Source: a virus (taxonomy: Duplodnaviria; Caudoviricetes). From it: a stretch of 64,000 bases of DNA. A program made the translations under genes and the position numbers. Numbering within the stretch: the stretch's first letter is position 1; each line of letters opens with the position of its first letter. Below the pieces are notes generated by a model. That model searched no databases. It worked only from the letters and a program-made list of their open reading frames with translations, and was not told where the DNA came from. The stretch is from the IMG/VR virus record IMGVR_UViG_3300032038_000007, positions 1 through 64,000 of that record. One strand, written 5' to 3'. Of this stretch, positions 8,751-17,592 are shown piece by piece.

Positions 8751-10121
8751 GACCAACTTAAAAAAATTATTATCCGCTATAACCTCAGCTTCTACCCAAT
8801 TGCCAGTAATACGATAGCAGTACACAGCATTCGCACCAGGTGTAGGACGCTTACGAGCTTTCTCTACCTTATATCCTACAGATGGCAGTACGTCCTACAG
8901 CTTATTCCAACTCATAATACGCGCTTGTCGTTTCGTCGCCTACTACTCATCAGCACTAATTTCGGGGACCGCAAGATATTCTGCGAGCCCACGGCACTAC
9001 TAAACGGTCAGCCACTTATCCTTGTACTCAGCTGGGACTTCCGCAATCAACGTCTTAACATGTCGCTAATATGGGAACGTCTAACGAGCTGCTTGTATAC
9101 GATCAGCCTAGTAAAACGAATCAACAATAAGATGCTTGAATCGCTCATCGCTAATGCTAAATCCGCGCTCAAACGCCTTAGTAATAACGACAAAATCATA
9201 TTCAGGCGGCACCATATGCAACGTTCTAATCCAATTAATTACTCGCAGCTGCTCCTCATTTAGAGGCCAATCCGCATTCTGTTCAGAGTGTATCTCAATA
9301 GCGTTAAAGCCCTATTGATTTGCCGCCCGCACAATACTCTGATTATGCTCTATCGAGGGCGAATAACACCAATAGGCAATATTTGGAAAAGGCTAAAGCT
9401 CATGTATGTGGTCGATTACATTTCTAAAGTACACATCACTAGCAGCTCGGAAACCAGCTTCAATTTTTCCTTTATTGCTAGCCTACACAAGACTAGAATA
9501 ATATTGGCGCGCACGCTCAGGAGTGGCGGATAACCCAATGCACAGTATCCTCCCCTCATTTACTATGCGCTCCCAATATCCAAGAAGTATGAGAGGCATG
9601 TAAGCTTTCTTCGTAGAGTGCTACTGTATGACAGCAAGGATCTCATTATTGGTACTTTCTGCGCTGGCAAAATCGCTGGTACGAGCTTTCTAAAAAGCTG
9701 CCGCCGCAAAATCAAATATGCTATCGCACTCATCCCAGCATATAACATCTATGGAGCTGAGAAAATCTGAGTTTCTCTTTAGGATACGCATACCAAAACC
9801 TTGATAGCACATTATACCTATTTTATTGGTATCTTCTGCCGACCAGCTGCTCTCACTCTATTCCCATAACTCATCGGCGTCGCAGCACATATCCGGGTAC
9901 TACTATATTATATCGTTTTTAAGGAACGTAGTATCTGTAAGGAACAAAATACGCCGCGGCTGATGGTCACGTGTAAACTGTACCAAATTGTTAACGGCCC
10001 AGTAAGTCTTCCCAGTCCTGACGCCGCAATCTAGTATGTTGTAATGGCCGCGCGAAAATTTTAATTCTCCAGTCTACTAAAGGTCAGTGACGGTTACAGG
10101 AGCGATTTTATCACTACTCAT
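8718..10121 (-). CDS. SF2 helicase-like protein, 467 aa with TAG=Gln (absent from ORF track)
   Basis: GAGGTGAGG SD; manual translation gives Walker A CGVRTGKT, Walker B CWDECD, motif III GLSAT and motif VI-like IQAAR; about 19 in-frame TAG and no TAA/TGA until 8718. Confidence 0.88.
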
Positions 10122-10141
10122 TTCTTCCTCACCTCACTATA

Positions 10142-10179
10142 ATTATATCATGGTATTTATTCTGTGTCAAATATTTGAC
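10142..10179 (-). promoter_or_regulatory. Consensus sigma-A promoter of the helicase-like gene; its -35 overlaps a GTCAAATATTTGAC palindrome
   Basis: TTGACA(10170-10165)-N17-TATAAT(10147-10142); palindrome 10166-10179. Confidence 0.8.
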
Positions 10180-10880
10180 AGAGAAAAACATTAAAAGTAA
10201 CATACTAAATGCTACATAATAATAATATTAACTATACAAAAATTGTAGTCACTTGAACTGTGTCATTTTTTGAATACTGCCCCCCCCCCCCTATATAGTA
10301 TTCAAAAAATAACACACATTTATAACTATAAAAAAATTATAGTTAAAATCCTATATTATATATATAGTAAATATTACGAGCAGTGCGCGTCAGCGCACTG
10401 CGAGTAATATTTACGCCGGCGAAGCCGCGAAGCGGCTTCGTGGGATCTGGTCTAATAACTAGTTAAATAAAAAATTTAATAAATTAAAAATTATTAAATT
10501 AATTAAAATTATATTAAAAAATTATTTTAAATATTTAATAATTATTAATATAATTATAATACAATTGTAATACTTTTGTAATATGTTGTAATTTGTTGTC
10601 AAATATTTGACAAAAGTTTGTGGAGAAATTTTGTAGTGAATAATACATTTTTAACTTTTGTAAGAAAAAATAAAAGTTAAATAGTTGACAAATGGTCAAA
10701 AATGTGACCACACCCATCTATTCATCCACTCATGGTCATTTTTATCCACATTTTTTCACCACACCCCACCCCATAGTCTATAATTTTTTCCGCCCATTAT
10801 TGGTATGGCTACCCGCTTTCCTTTCCTTTCTTTTACTATTTTACGATGTACCCGTATAGCTCCCATACACACCCTTTTTC
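10180..10880. other. Very AT-rich non-coding region with inverted repeats and a C12 run (origin or terminus candidate)
   Basis: Inverted repeat TTTTTTGAATACT...AGTATTCAAAAAA around poly-C at about 10280-10291; GC hairpins at about 10369-10440; palindrome at 10598; almost pure A/T at 10463-10560. Confidence 0.55.
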
Positions 10881-10940
10881 TTGACTTTTTTAAATTTTCT
10901 TGTTATAATAAATATAGAAACTGAGAGGAGGCTCAAGGTA

Positions 10941-11648
10941 ATGAACGATGCTTTTAAGTACTTCAGCAATGTGATGGATAAGCTGCTCGACAGATCTCCT
11001 GTTCTGCGTACTTACTTCCAGCATCCTTACAGTCTTACCGACTACATTGAATACCACGATGTGACGGTCTTCTTTGGAGCCACTCGCGGTTGCCTTTATA
11101 CCTACGACTACGACTATGTCGCTAAGTTTGACGTGGAGGAAGACTCTCTGGGCGGCAGCTGCTGTGAGCGAGAAGTAGAAGCTTACAATGCGGCGGTGCG
11201 CTATGGTCTTGATAAGTGTTTTACCTCTGCGACCTATCTTGGTACCTATGAGCGCGAAGTGACTGCTTATAGCTTTGAAAATATGGGCGATTGCTGCGAA
11301 GAATGCGATGAAGCGTTTCTGCGGATTGCTGAAGAGCGCGGTCTTGAAATGCATAACTACGTAATTTCAATTCCGTTGTATGGGTATGAGAAGGCTTCTG
11401 AAGCTGACATTTCATTTCCGAAAACCGAAGCCGATAGGAAGTATCTTGCCGACTCCAAAAGTCCCTTAACCCAGAAGGATATTGAGGTTGCGGCAACGTT
11501 TCTGGAATATTATGGTAAGGAAATGTATGAAGCACTGACACAGTTTTGCATTGATTATGAGATCAATGATTTGCACAATGGGAATATTGGTAGTGTTGAG
11601 GGTAGGCCGGTGATTATTGATTATAGTGGATATTTTATGGATATGTAA
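10941..11648 (+). CDS. Protein-kinase-like (PKL/APH-fold) protein
   Basis: GATRGC, YVAKFD, EVEAY, DLHNGNIG, PVIIDY; AGGAGG SD; promoter at 10881. Confidence 0.8.
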   Translation: MNDAFKYFSNVMDKLLDRSPVLRTYFQHPYSLTDYIEYHDVTVFFGATRGCLYTYDYDYVAKFDVEEDSLGGSCCEREVEAYNAAVRYGLDKCFTSATYLGTYEREVTAYSFENMGDCCEECDEAFLRIAEERGLEMHNYVISIPLYGYEKASEADISFPKTEADRKYLADSKSPLTQKDIEVAATFLEYYGKEMYEALTQFCIDYEINDLHNGNIGSVEGRPVIIDYSGYFMDM

Positions 11649-11650
11649 GG

Positions 11651-12010
11651 GTGGAATTTGATATGGTAGTGTTTATTAGTGGGCCGATGAGTGGGCTTAA
11701 GGATTTCAATAGAGAAAATTTTAATTCTGCGGAGGCAACCGCAATGATGGTAGGGTATAAGGTAGTGAATCCCGCTATCCTACCCCACGATTGGCCGCCG
11801 CATTCGTACCTGCCAGTGTGTATGGCGATGCTGGATATTGCAGATACAGTGTGGATGTTGGACGGATGGGAAGGTCATAAGGGTGCTGAAGCAGAAAGAG
11901 CGTACGCACTTGCCCAGGGCAAGACTGTAGTTTATAGTGAAGAGGAATTGCGGTATCACTATATGGAACAGATGCGGTGTTTGAGCGGCGCCAAACGTCG
12001 CCTTAAATAA
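11651..12010 (+). CDS. DUF4406-like (nucleoside deoxyribosyltransferase-fold) protein
   Basis: FISGPMSG...NPA...MLDGWExxKGAxAE pattern. Confidence 0.75.
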   Translation: MEFDMVVFISGPMSGLKDFNRENFNSAEATAMMVGYKVVNPAILPHDWPPHSYLPVCMAMLDIADTVWMLDGWEGHKGAEAERAYALAQGKTVVYSEEELRYHYMEQMRCLSGAKRRLK

Positions 12011-12068
12011 GAGAAGTAATAGTATTAGAACAGAACTATTGTAATTTCAAAAGGGGAAGAAAAAAATT

Positions 12069-12467
12069 ATGGAGTACTATTGGAACGAAGACCACGACTC
12101 TATTGCCGTACTGATTTCATCTGGCTATGGCGCTGGTTGGTCTACGTGGAATACGCCGGAGCTTGCATATGATAAGAGAGTGGTGGAATTTTGGCTTTCT
12201 CACCACAATTCAGAATGGGTTGACGAAGTATCGCGGCCGAGAAGTTGGGACGAATCTGTTCCTGAAACTGACGCCCACCGTGAAGCCCGTTTGTTCTTTA
12301 CAGAATGCGGCTATGATACGCCGTATTTTGGTGGCTATAAGAATATTAGGATGGTGTGGGTACCCAAGGATGTATACTGGCGTATCACTGAATATGATGG
12401 CGCCGAATCTATTGAGTACTTCGATAGCGCTCTGTGGAATAGGATTGACTCGGAGGAGGAAGACTAA
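12069..12467 (+). CDS. Conserved phage hypothetical protein (SxGYGAGWSTWN...EYDGAES)
   Basis: SD; motif related to 2560-2823. Confidence 0.8.
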   Translation: MEYYWNEDHDSIAVLISSGYGAGWSTWNTPELAYDKRVVEFWLSHHNSEWVDEVSRPRSWDESVPETDAHREARLFFTECGYDTPYFGGYKNIRMVWVPKDVYWRITEYDGAESIEYFDSALWNRIDSEEED

Positions 12468-12468
12468 A

Positions 12469-12657
12469 ATGAAGGAAATTGTTGATATCCTTATGCGGCG
12501 TGACGGCATTTCGGAGAACGAAGCGTGGAATATTATTGAAGAGTGCAGGAAAGAAATCCACGAAGCCATTTTGAATGACGCTTCCATCAATGTTGTTGAG
12601 GACATTATTGCGGATTACCTTGGTCTGGAACCTGATTATATTATGTACTTTATTTGA
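12469..12657 (+). CDS. Small helical protein (LGLEPDY family)
   Basis: GGAGG SD; resembles 15865-16083. Confidence 0.75.
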   Translation: MKEIVDILMRRDGISENEAWNIIEECRKEIHEAILNDASINVVEDIIADYLGLEPDYIMYFI

Positions 12658-12668
12658 GGTGGAATAAA

Positions 12669-13091
12669 ATGAGGGATATTAAGAAATATATTCCGTGGAG
12701 TTGGAAGCATCCTATTAAGACTATTATGCGGCGCCGCAAGTTCCGGAAACAGAGGAACGAGCGCGGTTATTGTGATGCAGATATTTGGAATATGGATAGT
12801 TGGTTTCTGGATGTGATTCCGGCTATGCTGCGGCAGCTAGCTGATGATGACCTTGGATTTCCTGAGCCTACATTTGGCACTTATGAGGAATGGAAGGATT
12901 GGCTGATTAGTCTGGCGGAGCAGTTTGAATCCTGTGCTGAAGATGCAATTGAAGATCAGAATCCCTATAACTGGGAACACGATGATGATAAGTATTGGCA
13001 TCGGCGCGATGCGCTTGAGGTTATTGCGCAGCAGCGGCTTGAAGATGCTTTTAAGGAAATGGCGAAACACTTTCATTCGCTTTGGAGTTAA
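12669..13091 (+). CDS. Hypothetical protein
   Basis: GAGGTGG SD; operon position. Confidence 0.75.
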   Translation: MRDIKKYIPWSWKHPIKTIMRRRKFRKQRNERGYCDADIWNMDSWFLDVIPAMLRQLADDDLGFPEPTFGTYEEWKDWLISLAEQFESCAEDAIEDQNPYNWEHDDDKYWHRRDALEVIAQQRLEDAFKEMAKHFHSLWS

Positions 13092-13105
13092 GGAGGACAT
13101 AAGAA

Positions 13106-13429
13106 ATGGATTGGCAGCATTGGGTAGTAGTAGTGGCAATTGCGCTTGCGGTTTGCGGTTTTATTGGTGTTAAGATTTATGACAACTATAAGTGGAAGCA
13201 GCAGATGGAAGCGACACGGCGAGAGTTTGAGCAGATGAAGACTAGGTACGCGGACACGCAGCACTGGCTTGAGAAGCGCCTATTTGAACTGGATAGAAAA
13301 ATAGATAAGTGTACTGAAGATTTTGAAGAAGTGAATTGGTTTGCGCGCGGACTAGAAACCGAACTATACGATACGTATGATACACTTGAGGCGATGATAA
13401 ATGGTAGCAAAAATAAAGGAGAAGGATAA
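13106..13429 (+). CDS. Membrane-anchored coiled-coil protein
   Basis: AAGGAGG SD; N-terminal TM. Confidence 0.75.
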   Translation: MDWQHWVVVVAIALAVCGFIGVKIYDNYKWKQQMEATRREFEQMKTRYADTQHWLEKRLFELDRKIDKCTEDFEEVNWFARGLETELYDTYDTLEAMINGSKNKGEG

Positions 13430-13654
13430 TTATTACTATTGTTCTTATTGCCTGATGCGCCAGCAGGAGTTGGCGCCTATTTGCTTTTTCTGCGGCGCCT
13501 GGTTTACAAATTGGGAAGAGATAATGGTAAAGGTATTTAAGGAAAAAGAAGATATGGCCCCTTGAAATTTTTTGAGGGGTTATTTGTGGTTTCTGTGTAA
13601 ACTGCCAGAGTTCCAAAGTAGTCTGATTACTCGGTATATAGGAGGTGATATAAT

Positions 13655-13855
13655 ATGACTTTAAAAGAATGTTTAGAGCGCGCAGTCAATGCTGGTTTAC
13701 CAGTAGCATTTCTTGCTAAAAATATTGGCCGCGATTCATCTACACTTTATAAGTGGCTAAGTGGGGCACGTACCCCCTCTCAAGAAGTACAAAACGAAGT
13801 TAGAGAAGAACTAATACGTTTAAAAGCAGAATGGAATAATATCGAGCTTGAATAA
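13655..13855 (+). CDS. XRE-type HTH protein
   Basis: LAKNIGRDSSTLYKWLSGARTPS; GGAGGTG SD. Confidence 0.8.
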   Translation: MTLKECLERAVNAGLPVAFLAKNIGRDSSTLYKWLSGARTPSQEVQNEVREELIRLKAEWNNIELE

Positions 13856-13868
13856 GGAGGCACATTTT

Positions 13869-14051
13869 ATGGCAGACGAGCGTAAATGTTACAAAGTGTT
13901 CACTTGGAAGTTGGCTAATAAACTTAGCGACTTAGGCTTTCGCCCAGTGGGACAGAGACTTAACTATAAAGACCCAACTAGAAAGGTAATCTTATTTGAA
14001 GATACTCCTGCGTTGCGGCAAGCAATTAAAGAGCTTACGAAAAAAGCGTAA
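13869..14051 (+). CDS. Small DUF5659-like protein
   Basis: AAGGAGG SD; VFTxKLAxxLxxLGF...N...FEDTPAL pattern. Confidence 0.6.
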   Translation: MADERKCYKVFTWKLANKLSDLGFRPVGQRLNYKDPTRKVILFEDTPALRQAIKELTKKA

Positions 14052-14069
14052 GCAAGGAGGAGCATTATT

Positions 14070-14528
14070 ATGGCATCATATATTGGCATTGGAAAAGCCG
14101 CGCCGAAACTCGCTTTTGAAGGGGACAAATGGGATAATCGCGGCACATTTAACAGAGTAGAACGACCAAACGGTTGTTTATTTGGACAGCAGCCTGCTGA
14201 AATTAGAGATTTTATAATGAATGAATTGACTGGCGCCCAAGGTAATTTATTAAAAATTATGTGGCTTTTACTGAGTACTGATGTTGGCTTCGGCGTTTCA
14301 CAACAGTGGATTATGAACAGTACAGGAATCTCTAAAGATAAATACTATGATTCTCGAATAATTTTAATTCATTTAAATTGGTTAAAATATGAGGAAAATA
14401 CCCCTGACGGTGCCTTGCTTGGTGTTAATTATACCTATCTTTGGGAGCAAGCTAAGCTTCCAAAAGAGAAGCGAGCAAATACACAGGCAAAAATAAAAGA
14501 AGCACGTCAATTATACAATCTTAAATGA
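14070..14528 (+). CDS. Putative winged-helix replication initiator
   Basis: HTH-like SQQWIMNSTGISKDKYY; directly followed by iteron-like repeats. Confidence 0.55.
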   Translation: MASYIGIGKAAPKLAFEGDKWDNRGTFNRVERPNGCLFGQQPAEIRDFIMNELTGAQGNLLKIMWLLLSTDVGFGVSQQWIMNSTGISKDKYYDSRIILIHLNWLKYEENTPDGALLGVNYTYLWEQAKLPKEKRANTQAKIKEARQLYNLK

Positions 14529-14720
14529 AAGGCAGCGATTCGTTTCCTTTCAATTATGGTGGCGAAAGGTAGCGATTCGGCTCGGAAAGGTAGCGATTCG
14601 CCAGAAAAGGTAGCGATTCGGCTCACGAAAGGTAACAAATCGCCTACTATAATAGATAATAATAGATATAATAAAAGATAAAAGTAATAGAGTCTTAGCG
14701 AGCCGCATTGCGGCTCGCAA
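14527..14720 (+). repeat. Iteron-like direct repeats AAAGGTAGCGATTCG (x5), then AT-rich tract and hairpin
   Basis: Copies near 14528, 14565, 14586, 14606 and 14628 (last four at 20-22 bp period); A/T tract at about 14648-14690; GCGAGCCGC-ATT-GCGGCTCGC hairpin. Confidence 0.8.
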
Positions 14721-14738
14721 TGATTCAAAGGAGGAACA

Positions 14739-15239
14739 ATGGAAGATAGTATTAAAACCGCGACGCCAAAGCGCAGAGGGCGCTTTGTTTTTGAGCACGC
14801 AAAATTACGCGACCAGTTTAAAAAAGAACTACTAGAAAAAATGCCGTGGTATGATAGAACGGCGGAAAATCGTATTTTATTCATAGAAGAAATACAAAAC
14901 GAATTACCAGATGATTGCGAGGTAGTTTGCGAAGATGAATGCGGTATGGTTTTTATAGCAACAATTAAAGAAATTAAAGATAAATACTTTTAGGAAGTAT
15001 ACGATGGCGGAAGTGGCGTTTATTTAGAATTTTATTTAAATCAGTGGCGCATCTGGCTTGGAAATCCGCCAGTCAAACAAATCTTGACTACCCCTTGGCT
15101 TGAAATTGATGATGTACTAAATTATAATGCTACCTTTATTAAAGATAAAAGAGTACAAAAATTCTTTACAGAAAACCACACCTTTCCTGATACAACTATA
15201 CGTAAATTTCAGCATTATTACGATGAAGAAGACGAGTAA
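14739..15239 (+). CDS. Hypothetical protein, 166 aa (one TAG=Gln at 14991)
   Basis: Frame stays open past TAG to TAA 15237. Confidence 0.7.
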
Positions 15240-15308
15240 CCTGTCCGTTCAACGGGCACCTGTCCGCTCACAGGACACCTAAATTTCAACCTAAAAAGGA
15301 GAATCACA

Positions 15309-15506
15309 ATGTCAGAAACAAACGAATACACCATTACCCCAATCACTGTCCGCCATAAGCTTTCGCCGCAATATGACCGCGAAACAGTTGCTGATGCTCT
15401 CTTTCTCTGTCTTGAAGACTACCTTTGCAAGCACGGCCTCCTCACCATTACCGAGGAAGGTGACGAACTCGTTATCACTATGTTTGCGGCAAAGCCAAAT
15501 ATTTGA
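15309..15506 (+). CDS. Hypothetical protein
   Basis: AAGGAG SD. Confidence 0.7.
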   Translation: MSETNEYTITPITVRHKLSPQYDRETVADALFLCLEDYLCKHGLLTITEEGDELVITMFAAKPNI

Positions 15507-15556
15507 CTTTTTCCGCATCTTCAACTATAATATATATAGAAAGTGAGGGAAGAAAG

Positions 15557-15862
15557 ATGCGCTACTATTCTTATGAAATCCGTGAAGTGCCGAGCAGCCG
15601 CGACCTGGAAATCGTCCACTGGACGTACACGCCAGACAATCCTTGGATGGAATATGACAACGCCACTGGTCAGTATTCATATCGTTTTGAGTACTGCACT
15701 ACCATTGGCTATCTTCGCTGGGAGAGCAAAGACGGCGGTTACTTCCGCTTTGTTTCTGTTGGTATGCGGTGGCTCGAAACCGCGCCTTCAGAAGAAATCT
15801 GCCAGCACATTTGCCGTGTTGCCGCCGACTATGAAGAGCGCTACCACAGAAGGGATATGTAA
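15557..15862 (+). CDS. Hypothetical protein
   Basis: Promoter TTGACT 15503...TATAAT; GAGGG SD. Confidence 0.7.
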   Translation: MRYYSYEIREVPSSRDLEIVHWTYTPDNPWMEYDNATGQYSYRFEYCTTIGYLRWESKDGGYFRFVSVGMRWLETAPSEEICQHICRVAADYEERYHRRDM

Positions 15863-15864
15863 GA

Positions 15865-16083
15865 ATGACAATTAATGATTTCGCGCAGCTGATTGCTAAC
15901 CGCCACAACACCAACCTGAGTGGCGCGTGGCGCCTTATCCTCAAGTGTGAAGATGAAATTGACCGTATTGTTAACGACGAGAGCGCCGATTATCGGGAAA
16001 TAAATGATAGTGTGGAGCGTATTCTCGGCGTTGATTCTTCCTATGCGACGATTCTGATGCTTGAGATGTATTGCAATGAATAA
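15865..16083 (+). CDS. Small helical protein resembling 12469-12657
   Basis: Shared AWxxIxxC and ILG pattern. Confidence 0.65.
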   Translation: MTINDFAQLIANRHNTNLSGAWRLILKCEDEIDRIVNDESADYREINDSVERILGVDSSYATILMLEMYCNE

Positions 16084-16498
16084 TGAGCACTTGTTTAAGG
16101 CGGCGCGTGAAGCCAGCTTCGCGGCCGACTATACTGGCGCAAACGCCGTGAAAATTGGTTGCGTTGTTGCCTATCGTGGTACCATTCTGGCGAAGGGATG
16201 CAACGCTGACCGCACGCATCCTACTCAGGAGCGCTTCAATCGCTTTCGTTATAAAGATGTTGGCGCACGATACCTTCCGGCCAAGGTTCATTCGGAAGTT
16301 GCCGCTGTCACAAAGATTAAGTACTTGGACATCGACTTCTCCAAAGTACACGTCTATGTGTATAGGGAACTGAAGGATGGGCGGCTCGCCAATGCACGTC
16401 CCTGCCCAGCTTGCCAAGCTTACTTGCGCTCGCTGGGTATTCGTCACATTCATTGGACAGAAGAAAGTGGTTATTGCCACCTTAATATAAAGGAGTAA
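16076..16498 (+). CDS. Zn-dependent cytidine/dCMP deaminase-family protein
   Basis: HSE and PCPAC zinc motifs; KIGCVV. Confidence 0.85.
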   Translation: MNNEHLFKAAREASFAADYTGANAVKIGCVVAYRGTILAKGCNADRTHPTQERFNRFRYKDVGARYLPAKVHSEVAAVTKIKYLDIDFSKVHVYVYRELKDGRLANARPCPACQAYLRSLGIRHIHWTEESGYCHLNIKE

Positions 16499-16502
16499 CA
16501 CT

Positions 16503-16883
16503 ATGGATTTGTATGCAACTCTACTTGACGATGATAAGCAGGTTCACGCCTACGTTATCAAGCATTACGGCGATATTCCGCGCCTTCGCGGCGTGCGCTT
16601 TATGCGCTATGAAACGCCTGATGCTTGTAGTTTTAACGATGCTCAAGGTGCTATGTGGCGAAAATATTGCGGCAAGGATGTAATTTATATTCATACACGT
16701 TGCGGCAACTATAATTATGAGGACTATGGCGCCGACAAGTGGGAGCAGTCGCATTCAGATACTTTCCTTGAATCGGTTGAGGATAGCGGCGATTGCACTT
16801 ATCGCGACCACTATTTTACCGCTGTCCTTGACGACGACTATAATAAAATTTGTCAGCTAATTGAAGAAGGAGTTTTAGGTTAA
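16503..16883 (+). CDS. Hypothetical protein
   Basis: AAGGAG SD. Confidence 0.75.
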   Translation: MDLYATLLDDDKQVHAYVIKHYGDIPRLRGVRFMRYETPDACSFNDAQGAMWRKYCGKDVIYIHTRCGNYNYEDYGADKWEQSHSDTFLESVEDSGDCTYRDHYFTAVLDDDYNKICQLIEEGVLG

Positions 16884-16885
16884 CA

Positions 16886-17128
16886 ATGGAACTATGGGAT
16901 ATTGTTGCGGCTTACGGTGATAAATATGCAGAATCGCACCCCGAATTTATCTATGAAGTAATGGATAATTACGTGTATTTTTTCCGCAACGCAAAGAGTA
17001 ATGAGAATCAGTGCCTACACAAGTTCTGGTCTATGGATCCAGACGAGCGTATTGATGCAATGGTTGATTATATTAACAGCAGTGACAACACTGAATTTTG
17101 GTGTAAAGAGCTAAAGGAGAATTGCTAA
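16886..17128 (+). CDS. Hypothetical protein
   Basis: Operon position; SD. Confidence 0.7.
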   Translation: MELWDIVAAYGDKYAESHPEFIYEVMDNYVYFFRNAKSNENQCLHKFWSMDPDERIDAMVDYINSSDNTEFWCKELKENC

Positions 17129-17130
17129 TT

Positions 17131-17559
17131 ATGAAGCGTCGTTATGTTTTTCCGCCTCAGTGTGAATATATTGTGAACGAAGAAAAGCGAACCGTTATTT
17201 GTGTTATCCATACTGGCGAACAGGATACTGAGGTAGGTATGGAGTGGGCTACCGCGCAGAATCTGCGTGATGACCTTATGGTTGATGCGTGGTATCTGAG
17301 GGATAAGTCTGCCAGACTGCCTAAGCACTTTGCCGGCAAGGCGGTTTGTAGCCCGAAGGATAAGTGGGATGTAGAAATTGGTAAGAAAATTGCCCGTTAT
17401 CGCGCACTCGAGAAGTACCACTACAGCACCATTAAGCGTATGCGCGCCCTGCTTGATAAGATGAAGAAGAAGCAGCGTGAGGTTGAGAGTCGTCTGTTTG
17501 ATGAGATCGACGCTACTAACGAATATCTTCGTGACCTTCATAGTGAAGCATTTAAGTAA
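17131..17559 (+). CDS. Hypothetical phage protein (GKAVCSPxDxWDxEIG motif)
   Basis: AAGGAG SD; ends at bidirectional terminator. Confidence 0.75.
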   Translation: MKRRYVFPPQCEYIVNEEKRTVICVIHTGEQDTEVGMEWATAQNLRDDLMVDAWYLRDKSARLPKHFAGKAVCSPKDKWDVEIGKKIARYRALEKYHYSTIKRMRALLDKMKKKQREVESRLFDEIDATNEYLRDLHSEAFK

Positions 17560-17592
17560 AAAAAAATAAGAGGGGCTTTCGCCCCTCTTTTT
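17558..17592. terminator. Bidirectional intrinsic terminator
   Basis: A-tract-AAGAGGGGC-TTTC-GCCCCTCTT-T-tract between convergent genes. Confidence 0.85.

Noticed and set aside
8925-9748. ORF-track entries 8925-9263, 9136-9318, 9288-9533 and 9563-9748
   Set aside because: They are antisense or off-frame shadows of the recoded helicase-like gene 8718-10121.
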